NCBI GenBank assembly: GCA_002010065.2
Contig: MTMD02000002.1
Span: 384,001-448,000, forward strand
Source of the DNA: Candidatus Pyrohabitans jungbluthii
GTDB taxonomy: Archaea > Hydrothermarchaeota > Hydrothermarchaeia > Hydrothermarchaeales > BMS3B
Direction: 5' to 3'
Length of the DNA: 64,000 nucleotides
Part shown: positions 29,096 through 38,400 of the stretch, piece by piece
Numbering within the stretch: the first letter of the stretch is position 1
Layout: every line of letters starts with the position of its first letter
Made by a program: the position numbers and the translations under genes
The notes under the pieces: model-generated
Told to the model about the DNA's origin: nothing
The model's input: only the letters and a program-made list of their open reading frames with translations
Databases searched by the model: none

Positions 29096-31229
29096 ATCTC
29101 AGTGCTCCATAAATGTCTTTTACACCATCAGCCAGTCCATCAATTATTTTATGTGCAAGATACTCACCTGCAGAAATAGCGGCACCAGCAGCTGGCCCAA
29201 CAGCTTTCCCTACACCTGGTATCTTTTTCACTTTTCTCGCTACCATTATATCTGCATAAAATGCAGCTCCTGTAATAGCTCCTTTAGCAACTCCAGCGCT
29301 AAAATCGACGCCAGCATTGAAATACTTACGTTCTTCTAGGTCAGCTATTACATTATCAGCTGTTTTCTGTGCAATTAAGCCAAGACCTGTGACAGTCAGA
29401 ACTTTATTGAAAACTTTTGCTCCTGTGCTCAACGCACCTTGTGCTCTTGCATTTTTTATTGCTCGGGTAGCTGCTTTTTCAAATTCTATAGCTTTATCTA
29501 TATATTTTTTAAAATCGTCGCCATAACTTCCTGCGATGTCTGCCATCCTTCTGTACTCGATGGCGTTGAGGGTATTGTCCACATAATCTTTAATGCTTGA
29601 GGCGAATCTATAATCCTCCACATAGGACATCGTCTTAAAATATATTCCTCCTCCAAGTAGGACCTCCTCAACAGGCAAATTTATTTGCTGGTCACCTTCG
29701 GGATTTACATCTTTTATCTTTTTGATAGTATTCTCCACTCCTTTTTCTTTCTCCTCTTGAACTCTTTTTTGTTGGTTTTTATTAGATTCGACGGTGCTGA
29801 ATTTTACTGTCTCTTGCCCGTGGTAAATATTTCCACTACCGCCGTTTATTATTGTGCCCAGTTCATCACTGAGCATCCATGCTGATGCTCCTGTAGCTGG
29901 ATCTATAACGAGCCAGCCAACACCTGTCCAGCCGTCACGAGTGATCTGGCGGGAGGGTACATATACTTCATACCCATTATTGACAAAGCTAAAAATTGAC
30001 TCACGTACCTTTTCAGGAAGATCAAGCTGGCTTATGACTTCTATGTTACCTGAGTTGAGATAGTAAATTGGAATTCCATTCTGGTTTGCAATTTCTAAAA
30101 TATTCGCTGTAGAAATTCCAGAGACGTTATAAAATAGCTCAAATATTTTGCTCTCCCAAATTGAAGAAAAACTACCTGCCTGAATAGCAAAAGCAAGTTT
30201 CATATCATTTCTGCCTTGAATTGACAAAATATTTCTAATCACATCAATGTGTGAATATCCTTCTGTTATCGTGGTGGGTATACTAACCACATACTCAATA
30301 TTGAAGGTATGCCCAAAGACTGCTATAGCAGGTGAATTTCTCCACCATCTCACGCCCAAGGCATCTGCGGCAATATCATTGCTGATATCCAACATTCCGA
30401 AGTAGTTGCTTAAGGTGAGGGACATGTAACCACCTATGTTGTGGTCAAGAACCATCGTTCCTCCTTCTATGATGCCTTCGAAGGTTCTATTCCAAAGCCT
30501 TTCTATGTGCTCTGAAGGCATTTTTCCCAGATCAACACCTATAGCGTAGTAATTCCCTACTGTCACCGGAGAAGAAACCACTTCTTTACTATTTGGGGTA
30601 ATTACCGTAATCTGAAGTTCCCCTTCTGCTCCAAACTGAGAAGGTTCACCAACCGCGATTGGAATGGAGTTGAGCATTAAAACAGGCCTAAAGTCGTAGA
30701 GATAGGCAGGGCTTTCATTTAGGAATTCCTGTACATTTGCCAGCTCCGCTATATCGGCATTAGCAGGCACATAATCAAGGGTCAGTTGATTTCCCGCTAA
30801 TATAACGGTGGGAATGTTTATGGAAAGAGTTGTTCTTTGATTTTCAACTACACTGACATTTAAGATGTGAAGGTAGTCGTCCGGAATCTCAGAGTAGCGC
30901 TCAAAGGCAACAAGCGAGTAGGGCAGAGTTCCGGGTATTATATCCGGCTTTACATCCGGCGGCCTGTCAGCGTAGAGTGCCTCTACCTCCTCCTCGGTCA
31001 TGTTCTCCAGCTTGGCACCAACGTTCTCGGCGTACCAAGCGTCGGTGAGGTTCATGAGCTCGCTCACGGCAAGGTCGAGGCCGCTGAAGTTCATGCCTGT
31101 GAAGTAATCCTCGCCGAAGGTGGCGTTCTAAAGGGTTTCGAGGAAGACGCCGGTAAGGTTGTAGTCAATAGCAGCAGCCGGGTAGGGTTTCTTCGGCTTA
31201 TAGGGTACGAAGGCAGGGTCAAGAAGCAT
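29088..31229 (-). pseudogene. Orphan toxin cassette 2: 5'-truncated carrier (668-aa ORF from 31094) with its own variable C-terminus (29088-29834)
   Basis: Paralogous to the 1188-aa protein. Homology extends upstream of the ORF (LDPAFVPYKPKKPYP) through an in-frame TAG at 31128-31130. No signal peptide or TGase core. Junction reads DPATGASAWM...INGGS. Confidence 0.85.
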
Positions 31230-31261
31230 CTTCTTAATCACCTAGTTAGGTATTCTTCTCT

Positions 31262-31311
31262 GTCCATAGTACCCTCCTAATCACCTAATTCGATCACCTG
31301 CTCGTCTTTTT
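31262..31311. repeat. 50-bp direct repeat, copy A
   Basis: gtccatagtaccctcctaatcacctaattcgatcacctgctcgtcttttt; 48/50 identical to 31848-31897. Confidence 0.92.
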
Positions 31312-31853
31312 GTATATGAGGCTTGTTCAGCGTCTTCTCTAAAGCCTGCTTTCTTAAACAGGAAATAATCAGCAACTAAAATTACTACTATTAATAGTAG
31401 ACCTACTGAGCGAAGCATATCAGCAGAAACTATCGGCAAACCTTCGGCTAATACTATAAAAAAATTTATTATAGCCACAACTAAGGCAAACGAAATCAAA
31501 AACGCAGTATTTTTTTTATGTTGTCTAAAATTCACACTTTTTTTTCTTTCTTGGACATATAAATAAAACCTCAGTGGATGTTTTTTAGGAAAGAAAAAAT
31601 AAAACCTTATCATGTCAAGAACTCCAATTAATAAAATTATTATTAAAAATTGTAGAAATTCAGGTGGTAAGAAAACTATTTTGCCAAAATGAATATGATA
31701 ATATGCCATAATTATGAAATAACCTGTAACAACTAACCTCCCCAAAAGCTTGTAATTGTAGTAGTTTTCCACCATTTTCTTTGCTTTGGCAAGTTCTTGC
31801 ATGTATTCTTCTTTTGTAACTCCGAATTTTTTCATTATCGCTTTCTCGTCCAT
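31281..31853 (-). CDS. Putative cognate immunity protein 1 (4 TM, FPKKHP motif)
   Basis: AT-rich; GGAGGG RBS; starts 9 nt after the toxin stop. Confidence 0.8.
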   Translation of the reverse strand: MDEKAIMKKFGVTKEEYMQELAKAKKMVENYYNYKLLGRLVVTGYFIIMAYYHIHFGKIVFLPPEFLQFLIIILLIGVLDMIRFYFFFPKKHPLRFYLYVQERKKSVNFRQHKKNTAFLISFALVVAIINFFIVLAEGLPIVSADMLRSVGLLLIVVILVADYFLFKKAGFREDAEQASYTKRRAGDRIR

Positions 31854-31897
31854 AGTACCCTCCTAGTCACCTAATTCAATCACCTGCTCGTCTTTTT
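31848..31897. repeat. 50-bp direct repeat, copy B (toxin 3' end + RBS + immunity start)
   Basis: gtccatagtaccctcctagtcacctaattcaatcacctgctcgtcttttt; encodes KDEQVIELGD* followed by GGAGGG and ATGGAC on the minus strand. Confidence 0.92.
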
Positions 31898-34800
31898 CTA
31901 CAGGTGGTTTGTCGAGTCTTGTTTTGATATACTCTGTACCTTTCTTAATAGTTTCATCAATAAATAGACTCGCACCTACTGTTACACCGGTTGCTAAAAA
32001 CCCAGAACCAATTTCCGCCACATCCCAAGCTATAGAATTTACGACCCTTACGTAACAAGAAGCCGTATCGACAACGAATTTATCCCACCTTCTATTGGCA
32101 AAATCATCTTCGATGTCAGCGGCGGCTTCGGATGCAACGACTAGGGCTCCTAAGCCTGTAATAGCTTTAGCTGCAGTTTTTTGAGTAACGAGTTTTGTTT
32201 CTTTATCAACCAAAATATCGGAGAGGTCATCCACAACGCTATCAAGGTTCATATATTTCTTCTCGGCTTCTATAGCCTTTTCTATATCTCCCATGTTGAT
32301 ATATCTTGTAACCCATCCCTTAAGCGTCCTGACGGAATTTTTAAGTGCATCTCTGATTCCTCTTATTTCTTCAACTTCCTGTTCGGTTTTCTTCGCTTGA
32401 GTCTTAATACGGTCGTTTACAATACCTCTTCCTATTGCAAATGGTGTCCTAAACCTATCCCAAAGGCTGAGGGAGTCTTCGACATCAGTATTGCCATCGG
32501 TTTCCACTGTACCTATTTCCTTAAGTGCATCATCCACGAACCTCTTTTCTTCCACGGTCAATTGCCTATTCTCCTCAATTGCACGCTGTATTGATTCGAT
32601 CATGGTGTCCCAGACACTTTCCTTTCCGAGATCTGTGAAAAATTCCTCAATATTTTTTTCTTTTGCCTTATCCAGTATCTCATTTAACTCCTGCTTTTCG
32701 GTGCTTCCACCGTTTATAACAGTTCCAAGCTCGTCGGCGATCATCCAAGCATTTGCACCAGTTGCGGGGTCTAAAACAAGCCAGCCATACATCTTTACTT
32801 TCCCTATTCTAATAAAGTTCATCGGCGCAAATACGGTATATCCCTGCTCTACAGCGTTTTTGATACTTCTCTCTATGTTCGGCTCAGAAATGTTTAGCTT
32901 GTCGATATTGTGCTGGTTAATATTGACGATAGGAACACCCAGCTCAGCTGCTCCTTTGAAAAGATTAATCGTAGAAACCCCGGTGGAATTGTAAAGGGTG
33001 TCGAAGAGTACATGCTCCCATGAGGAGGAGATTGCTCCGGCCATGAAGGCGAATTTTTTCTTCTCAGACGAGCTTCCCTGGATTGAGAGAATATTCCTAG
33101 CCAGGTCTATATGTGTATAGCCTGGCTCAATGGTTGTGGGGACACTTCCAAGATAATCGGTATCGAAAGTAACGCCCAATACAGCAACGGATGGGGAAGC
33201 TCTCCACCATCTTACCCCTTGCGCCTCCGCTAAGAGTTGAGAATTTAGGTCTGTCATTTCAAAGTAGCTAAGGAGACTGAGATACATCGACGCCCCGAGG
33301 GCGTGATCTATAAGGAGGTTCCCATTCAGATTTTCATAAATCCCATCTAATGTCCTTGCGGCCTGTTTCTTTATAACTTCAGAGGGCATTTTCCCCAGGT
33401 CAAAGGCCACCGCATAGTAGCCACCCACTTCCAAGGGAGAAGAAACCACATCTAGGTTATTTGGTGTTATTATGCTCACCCTAAGTTCTTGCTTAACTCC
33501 GAAGGAAGAAGCATTCCCCAAAGCGAAGGGTAGAGAATTAACTCTCAGTACAGGTCGATAATCAAGCATATAAGCGGGAATGTCTGTTAGCGACTCTTGA
33601 GAGTTGACGAATTCTGACATCGAGTCATCAGCTGGAATATAGTCAATGGTTATTTGGTTACCTAAAGTGTTTACTGAGGAGATGTTGAAGCTCAATACAG
33701 TTTTTCCTTCTTCAACTATCTCAATTTTAATAAGATGGACGAACTCTGCCGGGATTTTATTGTACCTTTCAGAAACTACTACTGAATATGGTAGGGTTCC
33801 TGGTATTATCTCCGGTCCTGTTTTAGGTGGTTTAGATGCATATAAAGCGTCAAATTCCTCCCATGTTAGATTCTTGTGCAGGAGGCCTATGTTCTCATAG
33901 TACCATTGGTCGCTCTGATTTTTGAGTTCTGCAGTTGAATTTGATATCATGGAAACGGTATCTTTGGAAAATATTGTATAGTCTTCTGTTATTTTAGTGC
34001 TATTGATTATGTACTCGAATAAATTATCTAGATCATAATCCAAGTCAGCAGTCGGATACGGCTCCTTAGGCTTATAGGGTACGAAGGTGGGGTCAAGAGG
34101 TATCCACTGCTCTGGAGCATTACCGCACGCCTCTCTATTTGCAATGTAGCCACGGTAGCATTCGTCCGAGTACATGCCGTAGGGTAGCTTTACCTCTACC
34201 CATACATGTTCTACGAGGATTTTCTTGTTGGATAACTCAGCCGGTACATAATTCTCCCAGAGGAGTTGAAGGGCTTCTTCAGTTGTGTTGACCCCGAGTA
34301 CCTGCATCATGTACTCTGGCTCTACCTCTACCGTTCCAATGACGAAGCGGGTCTGGTATCCCGCCGCCCTGAGCAGGTCGGATAGCAACGCAGCCTGGTC
34401 GAAGTCATTGCCTGCCTTCTCCCACATCGTCCACAGCGAGCCCTTCATGTAACCGTAGTAGGGGGTGTACTCTATTTCGTCCCTCACGTAGGCGTAGATT
34501 TTTGCTGGGTTGTGGTCGAGCTGGGCGGAAAGGTTGGCTATCTCGGGCGGCACAGGAGAAGCAGCGTCTCCCTGCTCCTCGGCGAAGGCGCTGGGCAGGA
34601 GCGTTGTGAGCTTCTCTATGAGTCTGCCGAGCAGGGGCTTCTCTTCCCGCGCTTCGGCGTGCTTCGGCAGCGGCTTTGGCTTCTCCTTGGGGAAGGTGGT
34701 GCGGGGTTTTATGGGCTTGCCCCCGCTGGGCCTGGTGGGAAGCTGCTCCGGTGCTTTAACCTTCACCGCAGGCTTTGCCGGCTTCTCGAGCAGAGGGGTG

Positions 34801-35429
34801 ATATCGCTGAGCAGAGGCTCAACCTGAGCAAGTGCGAGCATCGCCTCGGAGGTGTGGTTGCTCGCGATCTCCTCCCTGAGCCGGGTTAGGGCGGCTGAGA
34901 GGTTCTCAAGGCTGGAGAGGAGCCGCCGGTTTTCCTGCGTCACGAGGGCGACCACTTCTTCATGCTTCTCCAGCTTCTGCCTCGGGATGCGCTTCTTTAC
35001 CTTCTTCAGCTTCTTGGTGACGCTGTCGGCGGAGCTCCTGAACCTCTCGTCCGCCGTGGCGAGCTCGCTTTTTGATTGGTTGAGGACCGTGAGGTAGAAG
35101 TCGACCAACTTAAGCGCATCCTCGGTGTCGCCCTCCTCCAGCTCCATGCGTATGTCCTCGGTGAGCATGCGGAAGAGGGAAAGCTCACCCTTAAATCCCT
35201 GCTTCAGCCGGGAGAGCTCTTTAAGAGCATGAGTGTACTTGCCGCCCAGGGGTTCGAAGGGCGGATCCCTCAAACCGAGGGTTATAAGCATGAGGTTGAT
35301 AGCCTTCCCGAGGGGAGAATCCCCTCTGGGCTGAGAAGCCCCGCCTGGCAGTGCGCCGGCTGCGGCGTAGGCGGCTGGAACAGGGGAGAGGAGCATGAGG
35401 AGTATCATGAAAAGCGCTCTGCCGCTCAT
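31863..35429 (-). CDS. Secreted polymorphic toxin candidate: signal peptide, coiled coil, transglutaminase-like core, conserved carrier region, variable C-terminus (31863-32702)
   Basis: Signal MSGRALFMILLMLLSPVPAAYA; IYAYVRDEIEY.PY.G, GNDFDQAALL...LRAAG, HVWVEV, WIPLDPT. Paralogs diverge abruptly after INGGS. Confidence 0.82.
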   Translation of the reverse strand: MSGRALFMILLMLLSPVPAAYAAAGALPGGASQPRGDSPLGKAINLMLITLGLRDPPFEPLGGKYTHALKELSRLKQGFKGELSLFRMLTEDIRMELEEGDTEDALKLVDFYLTVLNQSKSELATADERFRSSADSVTKKLKKVKKRIPRQKLEKHEEVVALVTQENRRLLSSLENLSAALTRLREEIASNHTSEAMLALAQVEPLLSDITPLLEKPAKPAVKVKAPEQLPTRPSGGKPIKPRTTFPKEKPKPLPKHAEAREEKPLLGRLIEKLTTLLPSAFAEEQGDAASPVPPEIANLSAQLDHNPAKIYAYVRDEIEYTPYYGYMKGSLWTMWEKAGNDFDQAALLSDLLRAAGYQTRFVIGTVEVEPEYMMQVLGVNTTEEALQLLWENYVPAELSNKKILVEHVWVEVKLPYGMYSDECYRGYIANREACGNAPEQWIPLDPTFVPYKPKEPYPTADLDYDLDNLFEYIINSTKITEDYTIFSKDTVSMISNSTAELKNQSDQWYYENIGLLHKNLTWEEFDALYASKPPKTGPEIIPGTLPYSVVVSERYNKIPAEFVHLIKIEIVEEGKTVLSFNISSVNTLGNQITIDYIPADDSMSEFVNSQESLTDIPAYMLDYRPVLRVNSLPFALGNASSFGVKQELRVSIITPNNLDVVSSPLEVGGYYAVAFDLGKMPSEVIKKQAARTLDGIYENLNGNLLIDHALGASMYLSLLSYFEMTDLNSQLLAEAQGVRWWRASPSVAVLGVTFDTDYLGSVPTTIEPGYTHIDLARNILSIQGSSSEKKKFAFMAGAISSSWEHVLFDTLYNSTGVSTINLFKGAAELGVPIVNINQHNIDKLNISEPNIERSIKNAVEQGYTVFAPMNFIRIGKVKMYGWLVLDPATGANAWMIADELGTVINGGSTEKQELNEILDKAKEKNIEEFFTDLGKESVWDTMIESIQRAIEENRQLTVEEKRFVDDALKEIGTVETDGNTDVEDSLSLWDRFRTPFAIGRGIVNDRIKTQAKKTEQEVEEIRGIRDALKNSVRTLKGWVTRYINMGDIEKAIEAEKKYMNLDSVVDDLSDILVDKETKLVTQKTAAKAITGLGALVVASEAAADIEDDFANRRWDKFVVDTASCYVRVVNSIAWDVAEIGSGFLATGVTVGASLFIDETIKKGTEYIKTRLDKPPVEKDEQVIELGD

Positions 35430-38400
35430 TTCTTACCGCCTCCCTTCTTCGGCTCTATGGTTACATTCGAAACCAGCTCAACGGTCTCGTTCCCCTCAGG
35501 CGAGGAGTAGGTGATGAGCGTTTTGAGCGTGAAGGTGGTGGTCTCGCTCACCTCGGGGTTGAGGAGCACGTACTCCAGGGTTCTGCTGCTTCTTGGTTCG
35601 AGGGCGGTAAAGCTCCAGGTTATGCTGCTGTTCGCGGCGCTGCCGTCGCTGGAGTCTATCACAAACGCCTCCGGTATCTCCTCGGTTACGGTAACGTTCT
35701 CCGCCGACACGCTGCCCGTGCTGGAAATGCGTATGCTCACTCTGGTCTTAGCTGCCTTGCCCTCGTCCTGAGGCTTGAGCTCCTTGGTAGCGCTGAGGGA
35801 GGCGATGCTCTCGCATGCTTCGAGGCTCCACAGGAGAGCACGCTTTGTAATGTTGAGCCACACACTGGCGTTGTAGCCCTCGTAGGAGCTGAGCGCGATA
35901 TCCGGGGCGAAGAAGATGACCCTGCTTCCGTTGTAGTAGGAGAGGGTTAAGGCGGGGTAGCTCTCAGTCTCCTTTGTCGGCAGCATGTCCAGGGCATAGG
36001 CAAGCACCCTGTAGGTGTATTCCGGCTCAATCTTCGCGAGCCATCCCACCGTGGTGAGGTTCGCTCCCACATAGCCAGCGGTAAGGTGGTGCTCCTCCGT
36101 TATGGTCAGATTCCTGGGCTGATACGGCTCGCCCATCGGCAGGCTGCCGAGGTACTTGAAGCCGGCGATGTCTCCAAGGCCGGGATTGGCCTTGAGGGTG
36201 TAGTCGGAGAATATCAGCTCCCTGGTGAGGCTTCCCCGCTCACTCAGCCATGCCTTTATCTCCTCTATTTCGGTGCTATTCAGCTCCCCTTCTTCAGTGC
36301 AGTCGTACTCGCAGTGCCCCATGTTCAGGAGCCACAGCACGGTGTAGTAGCTGCTCCGAAGCTCGTGCATCAGCTCCTGCGTGGTGTTCACCTTCTTCAC
36401 GTAGGCTATCTCTTTAGCGGCTTCGTCGATGAACCACTCGTCGCTGGCATCGCCACTCCAGGCAAGCACCAGGATGGGGATTACTGTTACATTCGCCGAG
36501 GAGGAGTTGTAGTAGGCATAGCCGTCCTCGTCGTAGTAGGTGATGTTCAGGTTAAGGGTTATGTTGCGGATTTCGGGTATGAGCTGCGCCTCTGCAGAGA
36601 AGTTCAGGAGCACGCCATCCTTTGGCGGAAGCTCGAGGCTCCAGGTTACTGTGCCGGTGCTGGCGTTGAAGGATGCGTTTTCCAAGGTGTTCTCCAGCAC
36701 CCTGAGCTCCTCGGGTACTGTCAGGAGAGCGGTAATATTGACTGCGTCGTCGTAGCCGAGGTTGGTGATGTTCACCGCCACCGCAATGCTGTGGCCGCTG
36801 TAGGCTGCGCTGGGTGTGATTATCTCCCCTTTCAGCAGGGGTATCGGCTTGACCAGGAGCGTTTTCTCCACGCTGGAGACGTATGTTCTGCCGTAGTAGT
36901 CGAGGTAGAAGGCCTTCGCTCTGAGGGTGTAGTTTACGGGGTCGAAGCTGTGGATGAAGGGTGTGAGGAAGGTGTAGGCGACGCCTGCGCTTCCTTCGCT
37001 GGTGATGTCGCCCAGCTGCCAGGTTATGGTGGTGGTACCGCCATTGTAGTCGCCGGAGTAGCTAAGGGCGGTGAAGTTCTCCGGCAGAAGTGCGACGAGG
37101 GAGGTGTTGACAGCGGTGTTCTCCCCGGTGTTCCTCACTGTTAGGTTCGCATTTACCACCTTCAGGGCCCTTGTAGCGTAGGTGCTGAGGCTCTCCTCTA
37201 CTACCAGGTGGGGCACCTCAACGACCCTGAAGGATTTGGAGGCGGCCGCAAGGGCGGTGCCGTTCCTCAGCCTTAGAGTGGCATTAAGGAGGTACTCACC
37301 GCTTCCGTTGCGCGGGGTGAAGTAGTTGTGCACGTATTTTACCTCTCCAGGAGCTATTGCCGGGACATTGAGCACCCACCTGCTCAGGGTGGAGTTCCTC
37401 TTCGTCAGCAGGAATTCCACATAGGAGTCTTCTAGGGGCGTGTTCGGGCTGGTGTTGTTTATCTTCACGTAGGAGTCGACGATCTCGCCCAGCCTGTAGA
37501 CACCCCTATCGGTGAACAGGTTCATCTCCGCGCCTATTGCGCTGGCCATCTCGAAGAACGTGGTGGCGTTGGCCAGGGTGACGTTCAGCTCTCCTATGAG
37601 GGTACAAGCAACGGTGTAGTTCCCGGGCGCAAGTAGAGAGGTGTTGTTCAGAGGCAGAGAGAAGCTCAGGTTGCTCGATGGTGGAAGCACCGCTATCTCC
37701 ATGGGCTGCGCAGAAACTCTCGCGCCGGTGGGTGTGTCGATAAACGTGCGCAGGGTGAGGTTGCCCAGCGTCTGGTTGCCGTTGTTGCTCACCGTGCCGA
37801 CAAGCTCTATGGTGTCGTAGGGTGAATATACCCGCCTGCTCGTATTTATGCTGAGGCTCACCACATTCAGAGCTTCCACCTGCAGGGGCGGGAACTCTCT
37901 GACGACGCTGGCTGAGGTTACGCCGTCGACGTAGCTTATTCTCGCCTTTGAGATGTTCCTCTTCTCAAGGGCGGAGAGGACGAAGGAGACGTTGTACAGG
38001 ATGTTTATGGTCTCCCCGTTCTGTATCTCGGGGAATATCCATACAAGGGTGTTGTTGGCTGTATAGTTGGGAGGAGTGATGGGCTCCGCCTCGCCGTAAA
38101 GCACCTCCTCCTCGTAAGTGACGTTTATTCCAGCCAGTAGGTGGGTGCCGTCCAGGATTTCACGTTGATAGTTCATGGCTTCAACCAGCTCCTCATAGCT
38201 GGTGGTGAAGTTGAATAAACCGCTGGTTACACCCGTTACGGAGCCTGTAGTGGTGGAAGGAGTGGTGGGAGCTTCTCCGGGTTCTTCGGCAGCAGGCGGA
38301 GGAGGCTGAGGAATGAACACCGGTATGTAATAGTATACTACGATGGACGCTTCGGCGATATTACCACTGGTGTCAACGGCTCTGACGGTTATCCTGTTTG

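Noticed and set aside
31128-31130. In-frame TAG as pyrrolysine readthrough
   Set aside because: It lies in a 5'-truncated remnant next to other lesions, and nothing in the window indicates Pyl machinery. A nonsense mutation is simpler.
25349-34455. The 357-bp near-duplicate (25349-25705 vs 34099-34455) as a DGR template/variable repeat pair
   Set aside because: Mismatches are of all types and mostly synonymous rather than adenine-specific, and there is no reverse transcriptase in the window.
36086-37144. 352-aa plus-strand ORF and other long antisense ORFs across the window
   Set aside because: They are shadows of GC-rich genes on the opposite strand and have no recognisable motifs.
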